Shown here piece after piece: positions 1-9,423 of a DNA stretch of 64,000 nucleotides (position 1 is the stretch's first letter; each line of letters starts with the position of its first letter). The position numbers and the translations under genes were made by a program. The stretch lies in contig JBDHLC010000011.1 of the NCBI GenBank assembly GCA_039586075.1, positions 20,517-84,516 of the forward strand. The letters are read 5' to 3'. Source of the stretch: Gemmatimonadota bacterium. Lineage in GTDB: Bacteria > Gemmatimonadota > Gemmatimonadetes > Longimicrobiales > Gaopeijiaceae. A model generated the notes under the pieces. The model worked only from the letters and a program-made list of their open reading frames with translations. It did not search any database and had not been told where the DNA came from.

Positions 1-1
1 G

Positions 2-526
2 GGCGTGGCGCTGGCCAACTTCGTGAACACCTACATCTTCCCCGTCCCCGAGGAGATCCTACGGGCCTTCGGGGAATCGTTGTCCGAGCCGGCCTTGTCG
101 CTGGGCCAGCTGGTGCTCTTCGTGTCGGTGATGCCGGGGGTCTTCGAGGAGATCGCCTTCCGCGGCGTGCTCTTGCATGGGGTCCGCAAGCGCATGGGGC
201 CCTGGGCGACGGCGCTGACCGTGGGAATCATCTTCGGGTTCTTCCACGTCGCCCTGTTCCGGATCGCGCCCACCGCCTTCCTGGGCGTGATCCTGGCCGG
301 CGTAGTCCTCCTGTCCCGGTCGCTCTACCCCGTGATCCTCTGGCACATCCTGAACAACGCCATGAGCACGGTGCCGTTCCAGTTGGGGTGGCTGCCCGAG
401 GACTTCTCACCGCCCCTGTGGCTCGCTCCCTTCGCGGCCCTGACGCTGGCGGGAAGCCTCTGGGTGCTGTGGAAGTCGGCGGCACCCGCAGCGGTGCACG
501 GGAGAGCGGCGGGCCCCCCGGACTGA
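2..526 (+). CDS. CPBP family intramembrane glutamic endopeptidase (CAAX-protease-like), C-terminal part; 5' end lies outside the window
   Basis: The reading frame of ORF 5..526 is open to the window edge. It has hydrophobic TM segments plus the CPBP signature motifs EEIAFRG (EExxxR), FGFFH (FxxxH) and WHILNN (HxxxN). Confidence 0.8.
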   Translation, partial: GVALANFVNTYIFPVPEEILRAFGESLSEPALSLGQLVLFVSVMPGVFEEIAFRGVLLHGVRKRMGPWATALTVGIIFGFFHVALFRIAPTAFLGVILAGVVLLSRSLYPVILWHILNNAMSTVPFQLGWLPEDFSPPLWLAPFAALTLAGSLWVLWKSAAPAAVHGRAAGPPD

Positions 527-581
527 CGGCGCGGTCCACGGCGCGCCAGGGCCCCACCGGACCGTGAGGGGGGGTCCTACC

Positions 582-1820
582 TCAAGGCCACAGGAAGAAG
601 ATGACGGCGCCGAGGGCGAGGGAGGCCCCGAAGGTGGCGAGTACCGGTTTGCGCAGCTCCCGGTGCCCGGCCGACACCACGATCCCGAGCTTGAAGACCA
701 GATTGGACATGCCTGCCACGAGGATCATGCGCCACGCGCGGTCCGGAGTGAGCTCCCCCCGTTCCACCAGCTGAGCCGAGGAAAGGGTGATGGCGTCCAT
801 GTCGGTGAGACCGGAGATGGCCGACACGGCGTAGAGCCAATCTTCGCCCACGTGCCGGCGAGTGAAGGCGACGGCCACGAGCACCAGCGCATACACGGCG
901 CCGAAGACGACCGCGGACCTCAGGTCGGACGGCGGCTCCTCCGGCGCCGGCACCTGCATCGCCTCTCCCTTCCGCCGGAAGAGGAGGTGCACCAGCACGA
1001 CCATGCCGACCATCATGGTCAGGAGGGGCGGTGCAATGACGCTCAGGCTCCCCCGTGAGACCACCGCTACCTCCGCCACCACACGGCCGAACACGACGGT
1101 GGAGGCCAGGAGGATCATGACCGCGGCACTGGGAACCAGCGTTGCGCGCTTCGCAGTGATGCGGGAGAACGTGATGGTGGAGGCCGTGGAGGAGATGAGC
1201 CCTCCCAGGATGCCCCCCACCAGGGTCCCGACGCGCCCGCCCAGGAGCCGGTACGCCACGTACGCGCCCAGGGAGATCCCTACGATGAGCACGACCATCA
1301 GCCAGATCTCGTGCGGATTCAGCACACCGTAGGGTCCATACCGCCGGTCCGGCATGGCGGGGAGCAGCACGAATCCCAGGAGCACGAGACGGGCCAACGC
1401 CCTCATGTCGGCGGCACCCATCTTGGCCGAGAACCTGCGGAGGGGGTCCTTGAACTGAAGGAGCACCAGGACCACCCCCGAGGCCACCACCGCCAGGGCG
1501 TTCCAGGCCTGCGAGAGCGCGAGCCCCACCATGAACATGACCATGGCCGCGTACTCCGAGGTCATGCCGGGGGAAGGCTGACCCAGGCGGGCCATGAGAG
1601 CGTTGCCCAGGAAGAGGAATCCCGCCGCAACCATCAGCGCCGCTACCGGGATCCACTGCCCCAGGGGCCCGGCGAGAATGCCCGCCAAATAGCCGAACAC
1701 GGTGATGATGGGGAAGGTGCGGATCCCGGCGATCTCGGATCGCTTCCCTTCCCGCTCGAGCCCCACCATCAGTCCCAGACCGATGGCGATGGCGAGCTGG
1801 TAGATCTCGTGGACACCCAT
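582..1820 (-). CDS. MgtC/SapB-family membrane protein with long polytopic (DUF4010-like) C-terminal region
   Basis: ORF 582..1916. The first 32 codons are Arg/Pro-rich, so I prefer the ATG at 1820, which is preceded by GGGAGG. The N-terminus 'IAIGLGLMVGLEREGKRSEIAGIRTF' is MgtC-like and is followed by many TM helices. Confidence 0.75.
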   Translation of the reverse strand: MGVHEIYQLAIAIGLGLMVGLEREGKRSEIAGIRTFPIITVFGYLAGILAGPLGQWIPVAALMVAAGFLFLGNALMARLGQPSPGMTSEYAAMVMFMVGLALSQAWNALAVVASGVVLVLLQFKDPLRRFSAKMGAADMRALARLVLLGFVLLPAMPDRRYGPYGVLNPHEIWLMVVLIVGISLGAYVAYRLLGGRVGTLVGGILGGLISSTASTITFSRITAKRATLVPSAAVMILLASTVVFGRVVAEVAVVSRGSLSVIAPPLLTMMVGMVVLVHLLFRRKGEAMQVPAPEEPPSDLRSAVVFGAVYALVLVAVAFTRRHVGEDWLYAVSAISGLTDMDAITLSSAQLVERGELTPDRAWRMILVAGMSNLVFKLGIVVSAGHRELRKPVLATFGASLALGAVIFFLWP

Positions 1821-1989
1821 GTGCCCGATCCTCCCGGATGGCGCGGCAACCTCTCCCTGAGTCTGGCGAGAGGGGCGGGTGGGGCGCCAGTGGTGGGGCG
1901 CGGACCGTCCCGCCATCTCAGGGGTCTCAGGAAACGAAATCGCTGCGGCTCCCGTAGTTCGGTCAGACGAGTCGCCTCAGGAGGGGATC

Positions 1990-2277
1990 ATGCTGGACAT
2001 CATTGCCGCTGGCGTCATAGGCGTTGCCAGTCACGTCAAATCCAAGGACTGGGTCCGCCGAAAGCTCCGCTACACCAACATCGTGGAGAAGCCGGGCCTG
2101 GGCCTCTTCGTGGGCGCCGCCACCGCCGTGGTCGCGGCACCGCTCATCGCTGCTCTTCCCATCATCGGAATGGGAACGGGCGTGGTGGTGGGCGTCGGCC
2201 TGGGCGCCGGCGTGGGCACCGGGATCAGTCGCGGAGCGAGTCAGGCCCGCTCCGGGTGGCACCCGGACGACGAGTAG
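1990..2277 (+). CDS. small Gly-rich (glycine-zipper-like) membrane protein, hypothetical
   Basis: Internal ATG at 1990 of ORF 1879..2277, preceded by GGAGGGG. The 95-aa product has hydrophobic Gly/Ala/Val segments such as 'GVVVGVGLGAGVGTG'. Confidence 0.5.
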   Translation: MLDIIAAGVIGVASHVKSKDWVRRKLRYTNIVEKPGLGLFVGAATAVVAAPLIAALPIIGMGTGVVVGVGLGAGVGTGISRGASQARSGWHPDDE

Positions 2278-2391
2278 CGCTCCGGCGCTGACTCCTGGAT
2301 CGGTAGCCGGAGCAGTACCTCCTCCGTCCCCTCCTGCTCCCGGCGCATTCCCACACCGCACCTCCGCTGAAACTCGTGAGCCTTCTTGCTC

Positions 2392-2427
2392 GTCTACATT
2401 GTAGACGGTAGTGTCTACATCGTAGAC
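2392..2427 (+). promoter_or_regulatory. two tandem 15-nt palindromic operator-like sites upstream of padR
   Basis: GTCTACATTGTAGAC (2392..2406) is a perfect 7-1-7 palindrome. GTCTACATCGTAGAC (2413..2427) has one arm mismatch. The two sites are 6 nt apart and end 20 nt before the padR ATG. Confidence 0.6.
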
Positions 2428-2447
2428 TTATTCGCACGGAGACTCCC

Positions 2448-2777
2448 ATGAGCCCCAACGCCTTCCTCGGCGAGTTCGAGCAGATGGTCCTGCTGGCGAT
2501 CCTCAAGCAGGGGGAACACGCCTTCGCCCTGGAGGTCCGCCGGGAGATCGAGGAGAGCGCCCATCGGAAGGTCTCGAGGGGGGCGTTCTACACGACCCTG
2601 GATCGTCTGGAGCGGAAGGGGATGGTGGAGTGGGCCGAAGCCGAGCCAACGGCCCGGCGGTCGGGTCCCCTCCGTCGCTTTACGGTCACGCCGGAGGGCG
2701 TAGCTGCTCTGCGCACCTCCCGCCGGGCGCTGGAGACCCTCTGGAACGGCCTCGACCTTCTGGCGGAGGAGGGCTGA
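2448..2777 (+). CDS. PadR family transcriptional regulator
   Basis: 109 aa with the winged-helix PadR pattern 'LGEFEQMVLLAIL..HAFALEVRREIEE....VSRGAFYTTLDRLERKGMVE'. Confidence 0.9.
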   Translation: MSPNAFLGEFEQMVLLAILKQGEHAFALEVRREIEESAHRKVSRGAFYTTLDRLERKGMVEWAEAEPTARRSGPLRRFTVTPEGVAALRTSRRALETLWNGLDLLAEEG

Positions 2778-5443
2778 TGCACCGGGGTCCGCCGGCCCGG
2801 GTCCGGGCATGGCTCCTGGGCGTGCTGCCGCCGGGGGCCCGGGGCGCCTCCATGGTCGCCGACCTGGACGACGAGTATGCGGCCATGCCGGAGGGGTTCC
2901 GGCGCGACCTCTGGTACCGCTGGGAGGCCCTGCGCCTGGGGTGGCACTACCGGCTCATGGGATCCGGCGTGCAGGCCGGCGACGACCGGCACCACATGAC
3001 GATGGGCAGAGGGGAGGGGACGATGAGGAGCCTATGGAGAAACCTGGGACACGGAGTGCGGCGGCTGCGGCGTGATCCCGCGCTGGCGGCGGTGGGGATG
3101 GGGACCATCGCCCTGGGCGTGGGGGCCACCGTCGCCATCTTCACGGTGGTGAACGCCGTTCTGTTGGAGCCACTTCCCTACGAGCGGCCCCAGGAGCTCG
3201 TCGCCCTCTTCGAGGCCGATCTGGACCGGGGCGTCGACCGCAACGTCGCCAATGCCGGGAATGCCCGTGCCTGGGAGGATCAGGCACCGTCCCTGCGAGA
3301 GGTGGGTGGCGCGGTCGTGGCCCAGTCCGCGGTGGTGGAAAGTCCGGGGGAGCCCCAGGAGGTGATGGCCAGCTCGGTCACCCCGAACTACTTCCGGCTC
3401 CTGGGGATGGAAATGGCGCTGGGTAGCCCCATGTCCGACGACGCCGGAGGACGCGCAGCTACCGAGGTCATTCTCTCCCATCGTTTCTGGAACAGTGCCT
3501 TCGGCGCGGACCCCGGGGTGGTGGGACGGACCCTCTCGGTGAACGGGAGTCCCCACGAAATCGTCGGTGTCCTGTCGCCAGGATACGTGGCCTTCGGGGA
3601 GGAAAGCGCCTTCTTCCGTTCGGTGCCGCTCACCCGGATGGGCGACCAGACCAACTCGGGCCGCTACCTGTGGGTGGTGGGGCGCATGACCCCGGGCGCC
3701 GAGGTGGCCCGCCTGCAGCAGGAGCTGGACGTGGTGGGCCGCAACCTTCAGGAGGCGTGGCCCGACCTCAACGCGGGGTGGACGGTGCGGGCCGTGCCGC
3801 TGCAGGAGGACGTGGTGGGCGATTCCGCCACGGGTCTCTGGGTCCTCCTGGCCTCGGTGGGTATCCTGCTTCTCATCGCGTGCGCCAACGTGGCCAACCT
3901 GCTCCTTTCGCGCGCCACGGAGCGGCGACAGGAAATGGCGGTGCGCACCTCCATGGGTGCCTCGGGCCGGGACCTCTTTCGCCAGCTGGTGGCCGAGAGC
4001 CTCGTCCTGGCCGGCGCCGGAGGAGTCCTGGGCGTGGCGCTTGCCCACGCGGGGACCACCCTCCTGGCCGAGGCCATGCCGGGTGCCTTCGCCCTTCCGA
4101 GAGTAGCCGAGGCCGGGGTGGACGCGCGGGTGCTGGTCTTCGCCGTCTCCGTGACCCTCCTCACCGGCTTGCTGTTCGGGCTCGTCCCCGCGCTGGAGGC
4201 GCGGCGCACGGCGCCCGCCCGGGTTCTCAACGCCGAGGGCCGGGGGCCGTCCCGTGCCACCGGCCGGCTGCGCGGCGCTCTTGTGGTGGCTGAGGTAGCG
4301 CTTTCGCTGACCCTCCTGGTGGGCGCGGGGCTGTTGGCGCGCAGCTTCACGACGCTCCTGTCCGTCGAGAATGGGATCCGCCCGGAGCCCGTCCTCACCG
4401 CCCGGGTGAATCTGTCCGGGGGCCGATATGCCGACGGCGAGGCCCGGTCCCGGTTCTTCCAGGAGCTCGTGGACCGCATCGCGCAGGAGCCCGGAGTCGA
4501 CGCCGTGGGCGCCAACACCTTCCTTCCCATGGTGGGGCTGGGTGCCGCGACCTCGTTCCGGGACTTCGACGCGCCGGTCCCACCCCGCGAGGAGTGGCCC
4601 ACCGCGGATATCCGGAACGTGGAGGGCGACTACTTCGGTGCCATGGGCATCGATCTGGTGGCGGGCAGGACTCTTCGAGCCACCGACGGTTCCGACGCGC
4701 CCCAGGTGGTGGTGGTGAACCAGTCGCTGGCGAGCCGCCTGTGGCCCGGCGCCGATCCGGTGGGGAGGCGCCTGGCCATCAGCTGGGGCCCCCTCGAGGA
4801 GCCATGGGAGGTGGTGGGAGTGGTGGAGGACGTCCGGATCAAGGGCCCGGACACCGAGCCTCGACCCAGCATCTATCATTCGTACCGCCAGGCGGCCTAC
4901 TTCCCCTTCATGCAACTGGCCATACGCGCGTCGGGCGACCCGGCGGCGCTGGCCCCCACCCTCCGCGGAATCGTCGGGGAGATGGACGCCGGCATTCCCC
5001 TGAGTCAGCCACGGCTCATGGCCTCGGTGGTGCGGGACGCGGTGGCGCGGCCTCGCCTGACCACCTTCCTCCTGGGGCTGTTCGCCACCGTGTCGGCGCT
5101 CCTGGCCGTGGTGGGGTTGTATGGAGTGCTGTCCTACGCGGTGGCCCGACGGGTCCGGGAGATCGGGCTGCGCATGGCCATTGGGGCGGACGGCGGTCGC
5201 GTGCTGTCCATGGTGGTGCGGCAGGGAATGACCCTGGTCCTGGTGGGGTTGGCGGTGGGAGTCGTGCTGGCGGTGCTCACCGGTCGGGTCCTGTCGTCCC
5301 TCCTCTTCGGCGTGCAGTCCGTGGACCCGGTGACCTTCCTGGGCGCAACGGCGATCCTGGGGGCCGCGTCCCTGGCGGCGTGCGTGCTGCCGGGATGGAG
5401 GGCCACGCGAGTGACCCCCGCGGAGGCCCTTCGCGACGGCTGA
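2777..5443 (+). CDS. duplicated FtsX/MacB-type permease (ADOP-like 'orphan' permease)
   Basis: The ATG at 2777 overlaps the padR stop (TGATG). The 888-aa product has two FtsX 4-TM modules (e.g. 'LLIACANVANLLLSRATERRQEMAVRTSMGASGRDL' and 'VREIGLRMAIGADGGRVLSMVVRQG'), each preceded by a large extracytoplasmic domain. No ABC ATPase gene is adjacent. Confidence 0.85.
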   Translation: MHRGPPARVRAWLLGVLPPGARGASMVADLDDEYAAMPEGFRRDLWYRWEALRLGWHYRLMGSGVQAGDDRHHMTMGRGEGTMRSLWRNLGHGVRRLRRDPALAAVGMGTIALGVGATVAIFTVVNAVLLEPLPYERPQELVALFEADLDRGVDRNVANAGNARAWEDQAPSLREVGGAVVAQSAVVESPGEPQEVMASSVTPNYFRLLGMEMALGSPMSDDAGGRAATEVILSHRFWNSAFGADPGVVGRTLSVNGSPHEIVGVLSPGYVAFGEESAFFRSVPLTRMGDQTNSGRYLWVVGRMTPGAEVARLQQELDVVGRNLQEAWPDLNAGWTVRAVPLQEDVVGDSATGLWVLLASVGILLLIACANVANLLLSRATERRQEMAVRTSMGASGRDLFRQLVAESLVLAGAGGVLGVALAHAGTTLLAEAMPGAFALPRVAEAGVDARVLVFAVSVTLLTGLLFGLVPALEARRTAPARVLNAEGRGPSRATGRLRGALVVAEVALSLTLLVGAGLLARSFTTLLSVENGIRPEPVLTARVNLSGGRYADGEARSRFFQELVDRIAQEPGVDAVGANTFLPMVGLGAATSFRDFDAPVPPREEWPTADIRNVEGDYFGAMGIDLVAGRTLRATDGSDAPQVVVVNQSLASRLWPGADPVGRRLAISWGPLEEPWEVVGVVEDVRIKGPDTEPRPSIYHSYRQAAYFPFMQLAIRASGDPAALAPTLRGIVGEMDAGIPLSQPRLMASVVRDAVARPRLTTFLLGLFATVSALLAVVGLYGVLSYAVARRVREIGLRMAIGADGGRVLSMVVRQGMTLVLVGLAVGVVLAVLTGRVLSSLLFGVQSVDPVTFLGATAILGAASLAACVLPGWRATRVTPAEALRDG

Positions 5444-5450
5444 CGCCGGA

Positions 5451-7145
5451 TCACGCCGGCTTCCGCACCCAGAATCGGTACGAGGGCCGGAAGGCGTCGG
5501 GGTTCGCTTTCTCGAAGGCGGCCCAGGCCTCCACGTCGGCCAGGGCCGCCGGATGGGGATGGGCCCGTCGGAACGCGCGACGGAGGTCCGGCCCGACCCC
5601 GACGAAGCCCAGGAACTCGACTCCGGTCCGGCGCACCAGGCCGGCGAGCTCCGGCACCGTGGGGCCGCGTTCATGGGGACGGAGCAAGAGGTCACGGAAG
5701 CCCGGCAAGGTATAGAAGTCCTCCAGCCGCAGGACGGCCGGCCCCTCCGGGACGTCGCGCAGGAATCGCGCGGCGGCGAAGCGGGCTGCGCGGACTCCGT
5801 CGTCATCGTCGACGGGGCCCCTCTCACTCAGGAACGACCGGACTGCCGCCACCGGTCCCACCCCCGCGCGGGGATACACGCGACCCTTCAGAAGCCCACC
5901 GGGACGAAGACGGGTGAGGAGAGCGGTCCAGCCTCGGTCCGGGTCCTCCGTGCGTCGGATTGCTCCCACCGCATCCACCACGTGGAAGGTCTCCCCCCAG
6001 CCTTCCAGGGAGAGCGGGGTGCCCTGGAGGAAGCGGACGCCCGTGAGGTTCATCTCCCGCGCCTTCCGGATTCCGTACGCCAGGCTGGCCCGGCTCGGGT
6101 CCAAGCCAGTGACCTCGGAGCCCTGGAGTCGGATCCGGGTTTCCACCACGAGCTTTCCGGTCCCGCATCCCACCACCAGGACTCTCGGGTTGGCGGCGTC
6201 AACTTCCGCGGGCTCCGGCGCCCCGGGTAGCTCCTCCGCCAGCATGGCGGCCAGGGATTGGGGTGGTGACCGCTGCACCCTCTGCCACTGGGGATGGGGG
6301 TAGGCGTCGCCCTGTGTCGGAGGTCCTGCAGAGGCCCGGGCGGCCCGCTCCCCCGCCAGGGGCACCTCGCCTCGGAGCCGTGCTTCGGTGGCGGGATCGA
6401 CGATCTGCGCCTTCGCCAGGCCGGCGAGGGGACGGGACCGGGCTCGCTGGAGGAGCTCGAGGACCTCCGGGGCGCGGTCCCACTCCACCAGGGGCAGGTA
6501 GCAGGCGAGGAGGGCGATCCGCCGGGGATCGTCGCGGTCGCCCAGGGGGCGGGCTCCCATGGAGGCCGCCAGAGCCCGCACGGCGTCCAGCTCGTCTTCG
6601 CCGCAGGGGTGCACGTATCCCGTCAGGTAGCAGTTCCGCGCCAGCGCCCCCACGAGGGCTTCGTCGTCGGGGTGGGCATCGCTGTCTCCGGCGGACCCCA
6701 GGGCCAGATGCCGACGAGCGGCCTGCACCAGCGCCTCGATCCCAAGGTCGGGGACCACGGTGTTCTCGAGAGCGCACCGTACCGTCGGGTGGGCCAGGGC
6801 CCTCCACGCTCCCGGAGACGCCAGCACGTCCTCCGCCTCGCCGGCTTCCACTCGCCGGATCACGGCTCCCAGAGCCGGCAGGCGCCTGAGGTGACCCGCC
6901 AGCGCCGGGGCCAGTACCTGGGGGTCCACCCCGGGGTGTTCGAGACAGTCCCGCAACAGGAGGTCGAAGTCCTCTTCGACGAGACCCGGCGCGTCATGGC
7001 GGGCCAGTCCCTCGGCCAGCGCGGCCCACGCCACCGGGTCCCGGGGACGAGCTCGAGCGGAGGCTACGAGCTCGGACAGGGCCGCCGGATCCTCGTGGGG
7101 GCTGTACATTCCGTGGGCGCGGGGAGGGTCGGGACCGTTGGGCAT
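5451..7145 (-). CDS. class I SAM-dependent methyltransferase with ~300-aa N-terminal helical-repeat (TPR-like) domain
   Basis: 564 aa. Motif I 'VLVVGCGTGKL' and the downstream 'LRPGGLL' lie in the C-terminal half. The N-terminal half is Ala/Leu-rich and helical. Confidence 0.7.
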   Translation of the reverse strand: MPNGPDPPRAHGMYSPHEDPAALSELVASARARPRDPVAWAALAEGLARHDAPGLVEEDFDLLLRDCLEHPGVDPQVLAPALAGHLRRLPALGAVIRRVEAGEAEDVLASPGAWRALAHPTVRCALENTVVPDLGIEALVQAARRHLALGSAGDSDAHPDDEALVGALARNCYLTGYVHPCGEDELDAVRALAASMGARPLGDRDDPRRIALLACYLPLVEWDRAPEVLELLQRARSRPLAGLAKAQIVDPATEARLRGEVPLAGERAARASAGPPTQGDAYPHPQWQRVQRSPPQSLAAMLAEELPGAPEPAEVDAANPRVLVVGCGTGKLVVETRIRLQGSEVTGLDPSRASLAYGIRKAREMNLTGVRFLQGTPLSLEGWGETFHVVDAVGAIRRTEDPDRGWTALLTRLRPGGLLKGRVYPRAGVGPVAAVRSFLSERGPVDDDDGVRAARFAAARFLRDVPEGPAVLRLEDFYTLPGFRDLLLRPHERGPTVPELAGLVRRTGVEFLGFVGVGPDLRRAFRRAHPHPAALADVEAWAAFEKANPDAFRPSYRFWVRKPA

Positions 7146-7247
7146 GCTTCAACGCTACCGGCCCAGCCCCGCTGGTGCCACACCGCACTCCGCGCGGCCC
7201 ATCCACACCTCTTCGCACGCGCGCCCCTCGGGGCCACGGGACCACAC

Positions 7248-9239
7248 ATGGCTGAGGATTTCGACTTCGTCCAACCGCTCTTCCTGGGACCCGCGGCGGA
7301 GAACGACCAGATGCTGGAATCGCTGGTGGTGGAGTTCCTTCGTGACCACGCCTACTGGCGTCGCAACTTCCATCCGGAGGACGGCTTCCGGATCTCCGCC
7401 GGAGCGCGCCACCACCCGGACTTCCTCGATCTCCAGGCTCGCACGCGGGCAGAGCTCCATCGCCTCAGCGCCGACCTGAAACGAGCCGTCCCCTTCTTCC
7501 ATCCCCGGTACCTGGGGCACATGACGGCGGACCTGCTCATCCCGGGTCTGGTGGCGAAGCTCATCACCATCCTCTACAACCCGAACAACGTCTCGGAGGA
7601 GGCGGCGCCGGTGACCCTGGAGATGGAGCTCGAGGCCGGGGAGCAGCTGGCGCGCATGTTCGGGTACGCCGTGGACCAGGACGCCCAGCCCTGCGCGTGG
7701 GGGCACCTGACCTCCGGCGGGACCGTGGCCAACTACGAGGCGCTCTGGAACTTCCGGTCCGTCAAGTTCTACCCGCTGGCGCTCCAGGCAGGCGCCCGCG
7801 TGCAGGGATTCGATCCGGTGGTGGGTCCGGCCATGAAGCCGCTCTCGGCCTATTCCCCGTGGGAGATGCTCAACCTCTCCGAGGACCAGACCATCGCGCT
7901 GCGCAGGGAGATCGTGGAGATTCTCCAGAGGGACGCTTCACGGCAGGAGTTCCACGACTTCAGCCGCGCCGTCCGCCGGGAGCGGATCGAGAGCCTGGGC
8001 ACCGCGGGGTTCTTCCTGAAGCACCAGGTGAACCCTCCCCAGGTCCTGGTCTCCAGCGCCGCCCACTACTCGTGGGCCAAGGGGATGAAGGTGCTGGGCC
8101 TGGGAACCTCGAACCTCAAGAAGGTCCGGGTGGACCATCACATGCGGATGGATCCCGACCACCTCCAGGACCTGCTGGAGAAGGCCGTGCGGGGGGAGCA
8201 CCCGGTGCTGGCGGTGGTGGGGATGCTGGGCACCACGGAGTTCGGCACCGTCGATCCCATCCACCGCATCGTGGAGGCCCGAGACGCCTGGAGAGAGCGG
8301 GGGGTCGACTTCGGAATTCACGTCGATGGGGCGTGGGGCGGGTACCTCACCTCCGTCTTCCGCCGGCCCGACGGGACGCTCCACACCCGCGAGGAGGTGG
8401 CGTCCAAGGGCTTCCGCTACTTCCCCAGCGACATGGTCTACGACGCCTTCGCGGCCCTTCCGGAGACCGACTCCATCACGGTGGATCCGCACAAGCTGGG
8501 ATATATCCCCTATTCCGCGGGAGCGTTCGTCGCACGAAACCGTGAGGTGGTGGACTTCATCACCCAGGAGGCCGCGTATGTCTTCGACCTGGGTGACCAG
8601 GAGCAGGAGGTGCCGCGGCGCCAGAAGCTACGGAACCTGGGCCAGTACATCCTTGAAGGGTCCAAGCCCGGAGCCGCCGCGGCTGCGGTGAGCGTCACCC
8701 ACCGGGTCCTCCCCCTGGATTCCACAGGCTTCGGCCGCCTCCTGCGCCTCACCGTGCAGTCGTGCGAGACGTTCTACGACTCCGTCCAGGAGAGGGCGGA
8801 GGCCTGGAAGGATCGCGTGCGGCTCTGCGTGCCCTTCGAGCCGGATTCCAACCTCATCTGTCTTGCGCTGAACCCTGCGGGTAATCGCGCCGTGGCGACG
8901 ATGAACCGGTTCGGACGCGCCGTGTTCCAGCGCATGAAGGTGGATCCCCAAAGGCCGGTGCAGCTCAAGACCTTCATCGGGTCCTACACCTCCCTCACCA
9001 AGGGAAGCCTGCCCGGCCGGCAGGCCGACCGGATCCTGGACGGGCTCGGCCTGGACCCCGAGACCTTCCTGCTGGTGCCCAAGGACCCGGAGCGCGACGC
9101 CGACCACGTCTTCATCCTCCGACACACCCTCATGAATCCCTGGCTCCTGGCCGAGCCGTACCGGGACGGCCGGAGCTATGTGGATCTGTACTGGGAATAC
9201 CTGGACGCGGTGATCGAAGAGGTGCTGGGGAAGGAGTAG
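7248..9239 (+). CDS. group II pyridoxal-phosphate-dependent decarboxylase, long tyrosine-decarboxylase-like type
   Basis: ATG at 7248; the upstream part of ORF 6294..9239 is antisense to the methyltransferase gene. The 663-aa product carries 'HVDGAWGGY' and the PLP-lysine motif 'SITVDPHKLGYIPYSAG'. The N-terminus 'FLGPAAENDQMLESLVVEFLRDHAYWRRNFHPED' resembles enterococcal-type TyrDC. Confidence 0.8.
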   Translation: MAEDFDFVQPLFLGPAAENDQMLESLVVEFLRDHAYWRRNFHPEDGFRISAGARHHPDFLDLQARTRAELHRLSADLKRAVPFFHPRYLGHMTADLLIPGLVAKLITILYNPNNVSEEAAPVTLEMELEAGEQLARMFGYAVDQDAQPCAWGHLTSGGTVANYEALWNFRSVKFYPLALQAGARVQGFDPVVGPAMKPLSAYSPWEMLNLSEDQTIALRREIVEILQRDASRQEFHDFSRAVRRERIESLGTAGFFLKHQVNPPQVLVSSAAHYSWAKGMKVLGLGTSNLKKVRVDHHMRMDPDHLQDLLEKAVRGEHPVLAVVGMLGTTEFGTVDPIHRIVEARDAWRERGVDFGIHVDGAWGGYLTSVFRRPDGTLHTREEVASKGFRYFPSDMVYDAFAALPETDSITVDPHKLGYIPYSAGAFVARNREVVDFITQEAAYVFDLGDQEQEVPRRQKLRNLGQYILEGSKPGAAAAAVSVTHRVLPLDSTGFGRLLRLTVQSCETFYDSVQERAEAWKDRVRLCVPFEPDSNLICLALNPAGNRAVATMNRFGRAVFQRMKVDPQRPVQLKTFIGSYTSLTKGSLPGRQADRILDGLGLDPETFLLVPKDPERDADHVFILRHTLMNPWLLAEPYRDGRSYVDLYWEYLDAVIEEVLGKE

Positions 9240-9363
9240 CGGATCGGGGGAGCCGGGCGACCCCCGGTGTCCCGTTGCCCTTCGCCCGCCTCGAGTGCAA
9301 CCGGGCGGAGCGAAGCCCCGCCGGACGTTCGCGGCGGGCTCCCAAGTGCAGATGCAAGACGAA

Positions 9364-9391
9364 GCCCCCGGCCGCCGAAGCGGCCGGGGGC
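9364..9391. terminator. perfect 12-bp GC hairpin between convergent genes
   Basis: GCCCCCGGCCGC-cgaa-GCGGCCGGGGGC, located between the stop at 9239 (+) and the stop at 9424 (-). There is no long T-tract. Confidence 0.55.
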
Positions 9392-9423
9392 TCGTTGTGA
9401 AGAGAACGCTCGACCCGCCGGAC

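Noticed and set aside
577-1656. 359-aa minus-strand ORF in an alternative frame over the MgtC-like gene (plus 564..1058 and 1311..2291 on the plus strand)
   Set aside because: Their composition is Gly/Arg/Pro/His-rich. The polytopic membrane-protein frame (582..1820) is far more protein-like.
1821-1989. Possible Mg2+ (M-box) riboswitch upstream of the MgtC-like gene
   Set aside because: The leader is too short and lacks the conserved M-box core. A strong GGGAGG RBS sits directly before the ATG.
3032-5827. 931-aa ORF on the minus strand spanning the permease gene
   Set aside because: Its composition is extremely Arg/Pro/Gly/His-rich and it has no motifs. It is antisense to a gene with clear FtsX/MacB features, which is the typical high-GC shadow-ORF pattern.
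6294-7247. 5' 318 codons of ORF 6294..9239
   Set aside because: This part is antisense to the methyltransferase gene and Gly/Arg/Pro-rich. The decarboxylase similarity begins at the ATG at 7248.
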